A stretch of 64,000 nt of DNA from an uncultured Gammaproteobacteria bacterium (GCA_964491475.1 CAZBFO010000002.1:277841-341840); one strand, 5' to 3'; numbered from the stretch's first letter, positions 9,419-18,093 are shown. Numbers and translations are program-made. Notes: generated by a model from the letters alone, not told the origin.

Positions 9419-10182
9419 ACCAACCCCAAAACGACAATCAGACGCTCGAGGACAAGGTGCTCGAGGCCATTCGGTGCGGTGACGTGCGGATGAAGCCGCG
9501 CTGGTTCTTCGCGCTGCGTGCGGTGCTGCTCGGCACGGGCATCACCATCCTGCTGTTCGCGTCGCTTTTCATCGGCAGCTTCATCGTGTTTTCGCTGCGC
9601 CAGACCGGTCTGTGGTTCGCGCCATCCTACGGCCTGCGCGGGACCTATCTGTTCCTGCGGGCGGTGCCGTGGGTGCTGGTGGCCCTCTCGGCGCTGTTCG
9701 TAGTCGTGCTGGAGCTGATGGTCCGGCATTACTCCTTCGCCTATCGGGCACCGCTGGCCTATTCGTTGCTCGGCGTGATGGGACTGGTCGGCTTCGGCGC
9801 GGTCATCGTGGCCCAGACGCCGCTGCACGGCAGGATTTTCATCTATACCCGCGGTCACGACGCCATGCCCTTTGCCGCGTTTTATCGCAGCTACCTGGTG
9901 CATGGAGACCGCGTCTATCACGGCCAGGTCGTCAGCTCCGGCCAAGGGGTGTTCGTCATAAAGACTTTTCCCGAGGGCATCAGCGCCACCGTCGCTCCCG
10001 ACAGGGACGACGCCGATCAGGACTTTACCGGCACGCAGGTCATCATCTTCGGCAATGAGCGCGACGGCATCATCCGTGCCGAGGAGATTCATCGGGCGCC
10101 GGCCGTGGAGATGTTCGAGGACGAAATGACGCCCGATCCCTATGATTTCGGTCCCCTCAACGCTCCGACCTACGTGCAATGA
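9415..10182 (+). CDS. Putative membrane anti-sigma factor (multi-TM plus soluble C-terminal domain)
   Basis: ATGA overlap with the sigma gene; short cytoplasmic N-terminus, 3-4 hydrophobic helices. Confidence 0.7.
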   Translation: MNQPQNDNQTLEDKVLEAIRCGDVRMKPRWFFALRAVLLGTGITILLFASLFIGSFIVFSLRQTGLWFAPSYGLRGTYLFLRAVPWVLVALSALFVVVLELMVRHYSFAYRAPLAYSLLGVMGLVGFGAVIVAQTPLHGRIFIYTRGHDAMPFAAFYRSYLVHGDRVYHGQVVSSGQGVFVIKTFPEGISATVAPDRDDADQDFTGTQVIIFGNERDGIIRAEEIHRAPAVEMFEDEMTPDPYDFGPLNAPTYVQ

Positions 10183-10211
10183 AATAATTTCCCGATGACC
10201 GCTGTAGTAGT
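10180..10211 (+). promoter_or_regulatory. Second putative ECF promoter
   Basis: TGAAAT-N17-TGTA with the identical GCTGTAGTAGT 11-mer seen upstream of the sigma gene. Confidence 0.55.
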
Positions 10212-10213
10212 CT

Positions 10214-10524
10214 GTGCGGAGGGCAAAAAAGCGGATCACCCGGTTCGCAAAGCCCGCCCGCACGGTCTCCCTAACCCATGACGACACGTCGTCCGCGTTG
10301 CATGTCGCGTTCGGCGGCTCGTCATCCGAAGTCCCCGTCGCGGGCGCAGCGAATTCCTCTCCCGCGAGGCCCGCGGCCGGGATCTCGGCACCATTTTTAC
10401 GAGAGGGCTCTTTCCTTCACTCTTAACGCTTGTTCGCCGATGAAGCACTTCCGCAGCTAGGCAGACAATTCGTCAACAGACACGGTCCTCATCCGCCTCA
10501 CGTCCGGATGGGGGCTTTTCTTTT
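10214..10524 (+). ncRNA. Candidate structured ncRNA (about 310 nt)
   Basis: Three long hairpins (10214-10263, 10278-10325, 10326-10388) and an 11-bp terminator stem 10485-10515 plus TTTTCTTTT; no credible ORF. Confidence 0.5.
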
Positions 10525-10598
10525 GCGCACCCCGCAGGCAAAAGAAAGGGGGGTTGGTGCGGAGGGGGACGGTCGCGGCAAAACGTCGTTTGTAAAAG

Positions 10599-10625
10599 AA
10601 AAACCCTCCGACGTACGTCGGAGGG
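10599..10625 (-). terminator. Terminator of the A1-like gene
   Basis: Perfect palindrome CCCTCCGACG-TA-CGTCGGAGGG preceded by an A-run on + (U-tract on -). Confidence 0.75.
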
Positions 10626-10643
10626 GAGGGTGCCCTCAATGCG

Positions 10644-12542
10644 TCACTTGTGACGCTTGGGGCTGCGGTTGGTCTTGCGTTTCTTGGACTGCTTCTTGCG
10701 CGACGAGGTCTTTGCCGCGCCGACGCCGGCGCTTCTGGGGCGCTTCTTGCACTGGCCGTGCCAGGCGCCGTTCACGATGTTGATCAGCTGACGCTGACCG
10801 TTCGCGAAAATGAGCGCGTGGGTGTGGGTCCACTTGGTGCGCGGACCATTTACGTAGTGCTCGGTCAGGTGCGTGCAGGTGCCGACGCGCCAGACCGGTC
10901 CGAGGATGGCTGCGGAATGGTTGTGGCCGACGATCGTCCACTGGTTCCACTCGCGGTAGGCGTTCATCGAGGACGAACGCGCGCCGCTGGGACCGACGTC
11001 CCCGTGGAAGGAGCAGTTGATCTTCTTGGCCTCCGGCCCTTCCGGCAGCAGGAGGACGTCCTGCCGGCCGTAGGTCTTGGCGAACGGCGCATTCCGGTCG
11101 ATCCAGAACTTGACCGGGTCTTCCGCGGAGATCTCGTGGCTCTCCGGAGCGCGCTTCATCAGGTCCTCCTGCAGGTCCGCGAAAAGGCGGGCGCAGAAGG
11201 TGATGTTGACGGGCTCGCTGAACCACTTCTTGCTCTCGAGGTAACGCCCCAAGAACTCGTTGTGGTTGCTGGCGATGATGCGCAGGACCGCCTTGGGCAG
11301 CTGCGCGTGCATCCACTTGAGCTCTCCGACCATGTAGTCCAGCTCCGCCTTGACCGAGTCCGTTCCCGTGGCGCCCTTGTAGGCGCGCCGCGAGGCGTTC
11401 TGGTCGTCCCAGTGCGAGATGCTGTTCCCGTCGAACAGGTCGCCGAGGATGACATTTTTCGGTCCCAGCCTCTGGAGCATCTGGCTATCGCCGAAGGTGA
11501 TGTGCCGGACGTCCGGGTGCGTCTTGCCGGCGTGGTAGTCCCCCAGGTAGGCGGTGTCCACGTCGTCGGGCCGGTGCTCGATCTTCTCGGGCGTCACGAA
11601 GATTGCGCCGCCGCGGAGAGGATCGATGTCATAGAACTCGCCGGTCGAGGTGGCCAGGAGCTGCCGGTAGTGGAACGTCTTCTTGCTGGAGAACTCCAGC
11701 ACGATGGCCGCGTAGGTGTGCTCCGCCGCCGCGATTGCGCCGGTGCGGTCCTGCTGGCCGAGGTTGTCCACGTTGTAGTTCGGGTTGGTCACCGCGCCGC
11801 AGGTCATCGCCGCCTTCGGGTAGTCGTGCATCAGCCGGGGCAGATGCATGAGTTCCAGCTTGGGCGAGGCGAAGATCTGCGAGGTGTTGTACCCCCGTTG
11901 ACCCACCGCGGCGGAAATGAAGCGCATGAGCGTGGGGCGCAGGCGCATCGTGTTCAGGTTGATCATGCCGTTGGCGAGGAGGGTGTCCTCGAACAGCATG
12001 TGTCCCTTGAGCCGCTCGTCGAAGGTCGAGAGCAGCACGCGGCGGTCGAGCTCCTTCTGGTAGACGGTCTTGATCGCGCCGTACTTGATCGGGAGCACCA
12101 CCAGCTCGTACCCCATGTGCTGGGCGTAGCGCTTGAACGCCCGCCAGACTTCCACGTTCAGCGTCGCGCCGAACTGGGCGGCCGTCACGATGAGGCCCTT
12201 GGGGTTGCAGAGCTTGTCGGTGTCGATGCGGAACTCCGCCAGCTGCTCCAGGACGCCCTGGGGCACGCCGATGATGGTGCCGTCCTTGCCCTTGCGAAGG
12301 ATCAGCTCCGGAAGGTTCAGGTCCGGATGTTCCTGCTGGAACTTCCGGTACCGCTTGACCTTGTCGTTCAGCGCGCGCCGCTTGTCCTTGATGTCGCTGT
12401 TGGGGTAGAGCACCCGCAGCAGGTCGTGCATCAGCGGACAGACCTTGTGGTTGTTGTATACCTTGGCGAAGTCGCGCAATTCGCGCACGACTTCCTGCAG
12501 GCGCTGGCCCTTGTGCTTGCCTTGCGGCTTCTCATTATCCAT
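10644..12542 (-). CDS. Phage T5 A1-like protein with calcineurin-like metallophosphoesterase fold (putative nuclease)
   Basis: Metal motifs GDYHAG, GDLFDG, SNHNE, FHGD, GHNHS; A1-family blocks IVTAAQ, TCGAVTNPNY, FHYRQL, HGDVGPSGARS, WTHTHALIFANGQRQLINIV; ATG 12542 with GGAG SD. Confidence 0.78.
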   Translation of the reverse strand: MDNEKPQGKHKGQRLQEVVRELRDFAKVYNNHKVCPLMHDLLRVLYPNSDIKDKRRALNDKVKRYRKFQQEHPDLNLPELILRKGKDGTIIGVPQGVLEQLAEFRIDTDKLCNPKGLIVTAAQFGATLNVEVWRAFKRYAQHMGYELVVLPIKYGAIKTVYQKELDRRVLLSTFDERLKGHMLFEDTLLANGMINLNTMRLRPTLMRFISAAVGQRGYNTSQIFASPKLELMHLPRLMHDYPKAAMTCGAVTNPNYNVDNLGQQDRTGAIAAAEHTYAAIVLEFSSKKTFHYRQLLATSTGEFYDIDPLRGGAIFVTPEKIEHRPDDVDTAYLGDYHAGKTHPDVRHITFGDSQMLQRLGPKNVILGDLFDGNSISHWDDQNASRRAYKGATGTDSVKAELDYMVGELKWMHAQLPKAVLRIIASNHNEFLGRYLESKKWFSEPVNITFCARLFADLQEDLMKRAPESHEISAEDPVKFWIDRNAPFAKTYGRQDVLLLPEGPEAKKINCSFHGDVGPSGARSSSMNAYREWNQWTIVGHNHSAAILGPVWRVGTCTHLTEHYVNGPRTKWTHTHALIFANGQRQLINIVNGAWHGQCKKRPRSAGVGAAKTSSRKKQSKKRKTNRSPKRHK

Positions 12543-12674
12543 GACTGACTCCAAGTTGTGAGAGGACGACTGTTCGTCTGCTGGCTATGAAGGAGCGAAA
12601 GACGGTTTCATCCTCCGACCCGGACGGGCGCCGAAAGCGTTCGGCCGGGCCGGAGGAAGAGCGTCTTCAGGCCA

Positions 12675-12702
12675 ATGGTAACAGTCGGGGAAGTGCCGTC
12701 AA
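12675..12702 (-). promoter_or_regulatory. sigma70 promoter of the A1-like gene
   Basis: Minus strand TTGACG-N16(ending TGT)-TACCAT; predicted start near 12668. Confidence 0.6.
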
Positions 12703-12817
12703 CGATTTTTTCGATGGTGTCAAGGGTGGATAACGGCCAGATTGCACTTGCCCCAAACGGGGCGATGCGTTAAGGTACGCCCGTATTTTTTGGGCCACAA
12801 AACGGCGCAAAAAGCAT

Positions 12818-13855
12818 ATGAAAACGGTCGAATCCGTCACCGAAGGCCATCCCGACAAAGTCTGCGACCAGATCGCCGACGCGATTTTGGATGCGTATTT
12901 GTCGCGCGATCCCGCCAGCAGGGTGGCCATCGAGGCGTTCGGTTCTCACGGTGCGCTGATGCTCGGAGGCGAAGTCTCTTCGACCGCCGAGGTCGATCCG
13001 GCGCAGATCGCCCTCCGCGTCTACCGCGAAATCGGCTATCAGGATGACTTGGAGGTGTTCACCAATATCGAGGAGCAGTCTCCGGACATCGCCCGCGGCG
13101 TGGACACCGGCGGTGCCGGTGACCAAGGCATCATGTACGGCTACGCCACCGGCGAGACGCCGGAATTTCTGCCGATGCCCGTGGTGCTGGCCCACCGTCT
13201 CGCTTGGGGCCTCACCAATCTCCGTCGCAACCACCCCGAGTTTTCCTGGCTGCGGCCCGACGGCAAGACCCAGGTGACTATGGACGGCGGCCGCGTCACG
13301 ACCGTGCTGGTGTCCGCGCAGCATCGCGAGGACATGGCCCAGGCGGAGATGCGCAAGCTGATCGTCCAGCATCTCATCGGCCCGACCATCGGCGAGACCG
13401 CCGACGTGAAAGTGCTGTTCAACCCCACCGGCGCTTTCGTTCGCGGCGGTTTCTCGGCCGACACTGGCCTTACCGGTCGCAAGCTGATGGTCGACACCTA
13501 CGGCGGTCTTATTCCCCATGGCGGGGGAGCCTTCTCCGGCAAGGATCCGACCAAGGTCGACCGCTCCGGCGCCTACATGGCGCGCTTCGCCGCCAAGAAC
13601 CTGGTAGCCAACGGCATCGCCAAGAACTGCCTGGTGTCGGTGGCCTACGCCATCGGCAAGGAGGAGCCGGTGATGCTCCGCGCCGTTTCCGGGGAAGGCA
13701 AGGACGTTTCCGACTACCTCAAGACGCACTTCGACTTTCGTCCTCGCGCCATCATGGAGCGCCTGTCGTTGCGACGTCCCATTTACCGGCAAAGTGCCGC
13801 CTACGGCCATTTTGGCCGCGACGAGTTCCCGTGGGAACACATCGCGTTGCAGTAA
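12818..13855 (+). CDS. metK: S-adenosylmethionine synthetase
   Basis: ESVTEGHPDK, GAGDQG, DGKTQVT, GLTGRK, GGGAFSGKDPTKVDRS, YGHFGR. Confidence 0.96.
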   Translation: MKTVESVTEGHPDKVCDQIADAILDAYLSRDPASRVAIEAFGSHGALMLGGEVSSTAEVDPAQIALRVYREIGYQDDLEVFTNIEEQSPDIARGVDTGGAGDQGIMYGYATGETPEFLPMPVVLAHRLAWGLTNLRRNHPEFSWLRPDGKTQVTMDGGRVTTVLVSAQHREDMAQAEMRKLIVQHLIGPTIGETADVKVLFNPTGAFVRGGFSADTGLTGRKLMVDTYGGLIPHGGGAFSGKDPTKVDRSGAYMARFAAKNLVANGIAKNCLVSVAYAIGKEEPVMLRAVSGEGKDVSDYLKTHFDFRPRAIMERLSLRRPIYRQSAAYGHFGRDEFPWEHIALQ

Positions 13856-13880
13856 AGCCGGTCATGAATGGCCGGCTTTT
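13854..13880 (+). terminator. Intrinsic terminator
   Basis: AAAGCCGGTCA-TGAA-TGGCCGGCTTTT. Confidence 0.75.
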
Positions 13881-13970
13881 CGTTACTCGCATTGACACCG
13901 TCCCGTCGACCATTACAATGACCGCCTGCTTGTCGCAGGTCGCTCTTTCATATGGAGACCCGGAGGGCAC

Positions 13971-15032
13971 ATGTGGTCCGAGATCATCTTGTGGATCGTG
14001 GGACTGATGGAGTTCCTCATTTGCTTCTATTTCTGCGCTTACATCGCGTTGTACGCGGTTCCCTGGGGGGAGTTGCGGGAAAAACGCGACATCAGCCGTG
14101 GCATTGCCATGCGCCTGCCCGCGTTGCGGGCGCGCACGCGGCACGCCGCCAAACGGGCGGCCGCCGCGCCGCTGATTCGAAATCCCGTTCACTTGCGCGT
14201 GCTGTGCGGTCAGATGACCGACGATATCGTCGATCTTTCCGCGCATTGCGTCAGGCTGGTGGGGACCATCGAGCGCGAACACCGCACGTGGCCGCGCGAA
14301 ATGCTGTTGCTCGAGGACGTCTTGAGCAGGACGCTCGAGGTGCTGGAACGGACCTGCGCCATGCGCAACGCGCAGCTGCCCGTTCTTGCCAAGGCCTACG
14401 CGAAGATGGCCGCAGCGCGGATTTTGCACGTGGACGCCATGCGCCAGCACCTGCTGGCGCGGATCGACGCGCTTGCCTCTTCCGGCGCCTGCTACGACCG
14501 CGAGCGGCATTGCCTGACCATGCTCGGCAACGCCTTGCAGGCCCACGGGCAGATTGCCGAAAGCGATCCGGCACGGGTCATCGAAGTGTCGTTCAGGTGG
14601 GTCGCGCGCCTGAAGCTCGTCGCCGAGTCGATCGAGTTACGGGCGGTCGCCCAGCGGCGCCTGGCAGAGGTGCGTGCCGAGTTTCCGGAACGCGCCGAAC
14701 GGGTGCGCATGCTGTTAGGTTCGGTGCAGACGCTGTTGCCGGTGTTGCGGACGACCTCGGCACACAAGAGCGTCGCCCTGCGCATGGTGGTGCTTGAGTC
14801 TGCCGAACAGGGCATCGCCCAAGCGGAGCGGGAGCTTTCGCTGGCCGAAGCGTTCTGCCGCACCTCCGGCGTCGACTTGGGAGCGTCGGGGCAAAGCGGC
14901 CGAGGTTTGGCCGAAGCCCTGCGGTCCGCCGCGCGGGCTCATGCCACCTTGTCGGGTTTCGAGGACGATCTGGCCTTCATCGCCGCGATCGCGGCGGCAA
15001 ACAAGGGGGAGGATTCCGGCGAAGTGAACTGA
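13971..15032 (+). CDS. Hypothetical protein, N-terminal TM plus helical/coiled-coil body
   Basis: TTGACA-N16-TACAAT promoter (13892-13919), GGAGG SD, terminator 15038-15060. Confidence 0.7.
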   Translation: MWSEIILWIVGLMEFLICFYFCAYIALYAVPWGELREKRDISRGIAMRLPALRARTRHAAKRAAAAPLIRNPVHLRVLCGQMTDDIVDLSAHCVRLVGTIEREHRTWPREMLLLEDVLSRTLEVLERTCAMRNAQLPVLAKAYAKMAAARILHVDAMRQHLLARIDALASSGACYDRERHCLTMLGNALQAHGQIAESDPARVIEVSFRWVARLKLVAESIELRAVAQRRLAEVRAEFPERAERVRMLLGSVQTLLPVLRTTSAHKSVALRMVVLESAEQGIAQAERELSLAEAFCRTSGVDLGASGQSGRGLAEALRSAARAHATLSGFEDDLAFIAAIAAANKGEDSGEVN

Positions 15033-15103
15033 AGCGAAGGAGGCGATTGCCTCCTTTTTTCGTCAGCGCAAAACCGCACGGCTTGGCGCCGCGCGGTCTT
15101 CTT

Positions 15104-15559
15104 TCAGGCAAATATGAGTACGCGGGAAATTTCGCTGCACGGTTCGGCCCTTTCCGCCTGGGCCACGCTGACGCGCAGCGACTTCCACAGGTTCTGAATC
15201 AGGAATTGTCGGACGCGACGTCGGCGCTGCTTGCGCGCCCAGTCCTTGTCCTCGTCGCCGTCATGGTGTTCTTCGTGACTGCCCTCGCCTTCGTGGCTGA
15301 TGATGGCCAGCGGGAAGGGGATTGCGCCGACCGCGCTTATCGTTTCCGGGCCGGAGGGACGGGTCAGCGTGACCGCCCTTTTGACCAGGTCTGCGGCGGC
15401 CGCCTCAAGAAGGCTCCCGCGAGCTTGCGCTGCGGTTCCGGCCTCGCCTTCCATCGATTGCAGGGCACTTTTGTACAGGTGCACCAGCTGTTCCCGAAAG
15501 ACGATCACAAGCTGGAGCAGGTACAAAAGCACCAACGCCCATTTTGCGTACTTATGCAT
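15104..15559 (-). CDS. Hypothetical protein with N-terminal TM and acidic/His then basic patch
   Basis: GGAGG SD before ATG 15559; MHKYAKWALVLLYLLQLVIVF; HEGEGSHEEHHDGDEDKDWARKQRRRR. Confidence 0.6.
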   Translation of the reverse strand: MHKYAKWALVLLYLLQLVIVFREQLVHLYKSALQSMEGEAGTAAQARGSLLEAAAADLVKRAVTLTRPSGPETISAVGAIPFPLAIISHEGEGSHEEHHDGDEDKDWARKQRRRRVRQFLIQNLWKSLRVSVAQAERAEPCSEISRVLIFA

Positions 15560-15682
15560 ATTCGGGTCCTCCGTCTTCATCGTAAACCCGGAAGGACACC
15601 CATCGCAACGGGTTGTCAAGTGCGACAAAAAGGCCCGGTGGGGGACGGGCGAGACCCGACCGTGGTATACTTATAGCCTTGT

Positions 15683-16417
15683 ATGTCTACACCTGCTCTG
15701 GAGCTCAAATCGGTGACGAAACGGTTCGGTCAGACGATTGCGGTCGAAAACTTGTCGCTGTCGCTCAAGGCCGGAGAAATGTACGGGCTCATCGGCCCGA
15801 ACGGCTCGGGCAAAACGACGACCATGAAGATGATTGCCGGACTGTACCGGCAGACCGGCGGGGACATTCTGGTGCAGGGCATGGACGTTCTGGTCGCGCC
15901 GACCAAGGCAAAGGCGAAAATCGGCTACGTGCCCGACGAGCCGGTCGCCTATGAGCTTCTTTCGGGGCGCGAATTCCTGCATTTCGTGGGCGAGCTGTAC
16001 GGCGTTCCGCGCCAGGAACGCGAGGGACGCATTTCGGCGCTGCTTTCGGCCTATCACCTCGAAGGCGTCGCAGACGGGCTGTTCATGCATTATTCCCGCG
16101 GCACCAAGCAGAAGCTGTCGATGATAGCGGCGCTGCTGCACGAGCCGTCGCTGCTGCTGGTGGACGAGCCGATGGTGGGTCTCGATCCCGAGTCCGCGCT
16201 GATCACCAAAAAGCTGCTGACCGATTTCGTGGCGAAGGGCGGCAGCGTGCTGCTGTCGACGCACACGCTTTCCGTCGCCGACGAGATCTGCAATCGATTC
16301 GGCATCATCAAGCATGGCAGGCTCATCGCCGAAGGCACGCATGCCGAACTGTCCGCCAAATCGGACCGTTTGGGCACCCTCGAAGACGTCTTCTTGGCGC
16401 TGACCGCCGGAGTATGA
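15683..16417 (+). CDS. ABC transporter ATP-binding protein
   Basis: GPNGSGKTT, YSRGTKQK signature, LLVDEP, H-loop STH. Confidence 0.93.
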   Translation: MSTPALELKSVTKRFGQTIAVENLSLSLKAGEMYGLIGPNGSGKTTTMKMIAGLYRQTGGDILVQGMDVLVAPTKAKAKIGYVPDEPVAYELLSGREFLHFVGELYGVPRQEREGRISALLSAYHLEGVADGLFMHYSRGTKQKLSMIAALLHEPSLLLVDEPMVGLDPESALITKKLLTDFVAKGGSVLLSTHTLSVADEICNRFGIIKHGRLIAEGTHAELSAKSDRLGTLEDVFLALTAGV

Positions 16418-18093
16418 CCGCGGTATACGCCCTCATCGCCAACCGGCTGCGCATGATCGCCACCGCCGCGCACCGTTCGAGCTGGGCGCAACGTTTGGTC
16501 GCCGCTTGCTTCTTTGCCATCGGCGCGGCGCTGATGTTCGGCGCCTATCTGCTTTTCCGCCGCGCCTTCCGTTTCATCCTGTCGGATACGGTTTCCGGCG
16601 CGCTGTTGCTGCGGTACGTCCTCGATGCCGCCTTCGCCATCACCTATTTTCTGGGCGTTTCAAGCGTAATCGTCACCTCGAACTCCCTGCTGTTCGGCGC
16701 CGACGACTTGCGGCTGCTCGTCCCCAAACCCATCGGTTCGGCGTCGCTCTTTGCCTACCGTTTTCTTGCCGCGACCGCGGCTTCGTCATGGCCGGTGCTG
16801 CTCATCGCCTTCCCGGCTATCACGGCGCTGGGAGCGACCTTCGGCGCGTCGCCGCTGTTCGTGGTCGTCGGCCTGGCGGTGATGCTTCTGTTCGTCTGTT
16901 CGGTCACGATTCTTGGCGGGCTGCTCTCGTTCTTTCTCGCTTGGGCTTGCAGGCCGTTGTCGTTGGCATTCCGAAAATTCTTGGAATTGCTGGCGTTTTT
17001 CGTCTTCGGCATGCTGCTGGTCCGCAGGATCGTTCCTCGAGGCGTCTTTGCCCTGTTCAACGTGAATACGGCGGCAGAGGTCGAAGCGGCCGCCGCGAAA
17101 ATGCATGCTCTCTTCTCGCCGCTGCCCAGCCATCCGTTTGCGGCGACCGTTTCCGCACTGGTGCCCTCGGGGGCAGAGGGGCCGTTGGGCACGCAGCTCG
17201 CCCTCACCTGCGCGACGCTGCTCCTCGGGTTCGTCGTGCTGATGGTCGTCGCTTCGGCCGCCTACGTGCGGCTATGGCAGCGATACGGCGAGACGGGACT
17301 GACCGCCGGCGTGACGGATCGGCCCGCACGCCTCGGTTTCCGACAGCCGTTCCCGCGGGTGTTCCGATGGGGACACTCGTTCCTGTTCGAAAAAGACCTC
17401 TTGCTGTTCGTTCGCGACGGTGCCGCGGTTTCTCGCGCCGGTTTCCTGCTGCTGCTTCTGGGATTGTACCTGCTGATAGTCCGCGCGGTCATGCGCGCCG
17501 TCGACGGCCAAGTGACGGGACAGTTCTTCGCCCATGCCGTGACCTTCGCGTTCGCGGCTATCGGCTACTTCGTGCTGACGCTGACCTTGCGGTTCGTGTT
17601 TCCCGCCCTGTCGTTGGAGGGGCGCGGCGCATGGCTGGAATGGGCCAGTCCCGTGCACACGCACGAGCTTTTTTCATGGAAGGTGTTTTTCTGGACGTCG
17701 CTGTTCACCGTGGCCATGGAGACGGCAGCGGCGGCGGTCATGGCGCTGTTCAGGCTGCCGGCAGGGTTGAGCCTGGGGTTCGCCTACGCCACGTTCCTGA
17801 CCGTGCTGTCGCTGGTCACCTTCGGCATGGCCGCAGGTTCCGTCGCGCCCGACTTCCGCGCCAAGGATCCCGACGAAGTGGCGACCTCGCCGATGGGGCT
17901 CGCTGCCACGGCCGGCGGCGCCTTTTACCTGCTGATCATGGCTCGTTACGTCTTCGGCATGTCCGCCGCTGCGGCCTCGGGACAGGAATACGACGTGCTG
18001 GCGTTGGTGGGAATGACCGTCGTTTCCCTCACGGTCGTCGCCTCGTCATGGGCCATGGCGCTGCTCTTCGTGGACAGGCTGGAAGTGACTTGA
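16414..18093 (+). CDS. Putative ABC exporter permease (12 or more TM)
   Basis: ATGA overlap with the ATPase; highly hydrophobic; FEKDLLLFVRD and SLEGRGAW motifs. Confidence 0.8.
   Translation: MTAVYALIANRLRMIATAAHRSSWAQRLVAACFFAIGAALMFGAYLLFRRAFRFILSDTVSGALLLRYVLDAAFAITYFLGVSSVIVTSNSLLFGADDLRLLVPKPIGSASLFAYRFLAATAASSWPVLLIAFPAITALGATFGASPLFVVVGLAVMLLFVCSVTILGGLLSFFLAWACRPLSLAFRKFLELLAFFVFGMLLVRRIVPRGVFALFNVNTAAEVEAAAAKMHALFSPLPSHPFAATVSALVPSGAEGPLGTQLALTCATLLLGFVVLMVVASAAYVRLWQRYGETGLTAGVTDRPARLGFRQPFPRVFRWGHSFLFEKDLLLFVRDGAAVSRAGFLLLLLGLYLLIVRAVMRAVDGQVTGQFFAHAVTFAFAAIGYFVLTLTLRFVFPALSLEGRGAWLEWASPVHTHELFSWKVFFWTSLFTVAMETAAAAVMALFRLPAGLSLGFAYATFLTVLSLVTFGMAAGSVAPDFRAKDPDEVATSPMGLAATAGGAFYLLIMARYVFGMSAAAASGQEYDVLALVGMTVVSLTVVASSWAMALLFVDRLEVT

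Noticed and set aside
10220-10256. GGGCAAA...CGCAAAGCC resembles a c-di-GMP-I (GEMM) riboswitch
   Set aside because: No GNRA tetraloop or receptor stem, and no downstream gene on that strand
10214-10524. Possible tmRNA, RNase P, SRP or 6S RNA
   Set aside because: No tRNA-like ends or tag reading frame, no GAGGAAAGTCC, no SRP loop motif, and not a single rod with a central bubble
10214-10566. 10-bp direct repeat GTGCGGAGGG at 10214 and 10557 as an attachment site or target duplication
   Set aside because: Short and GC-rich, with no recombinase nearby; could be chance
10650-12548. 632-aa ORF antisense to the A1-like gene, and similar long antisense ORFs (2012-4162, 18939-21263, 28615-30393, 30790-33393, 40651-42897, 61709-63859)
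   Set aside because: Shadow frames expected from GC-rich codon bias; no motifs, and each mirrors a well-supported gene on the other strand
12590-12817. Possible SAM riboswitch upstream of metK
   Set aside because: No SAM-I/II/IV core sequences seen; a TTGCCC-N17-TAAGGT promoter lies downstream of the hairpin, so the hairpin is not in the metK leader
10644-15600. Prophage remnant
   Set aside because: No integrase, terminase, capsid or tail genes; metK sits in the middle and composition matches the flanks
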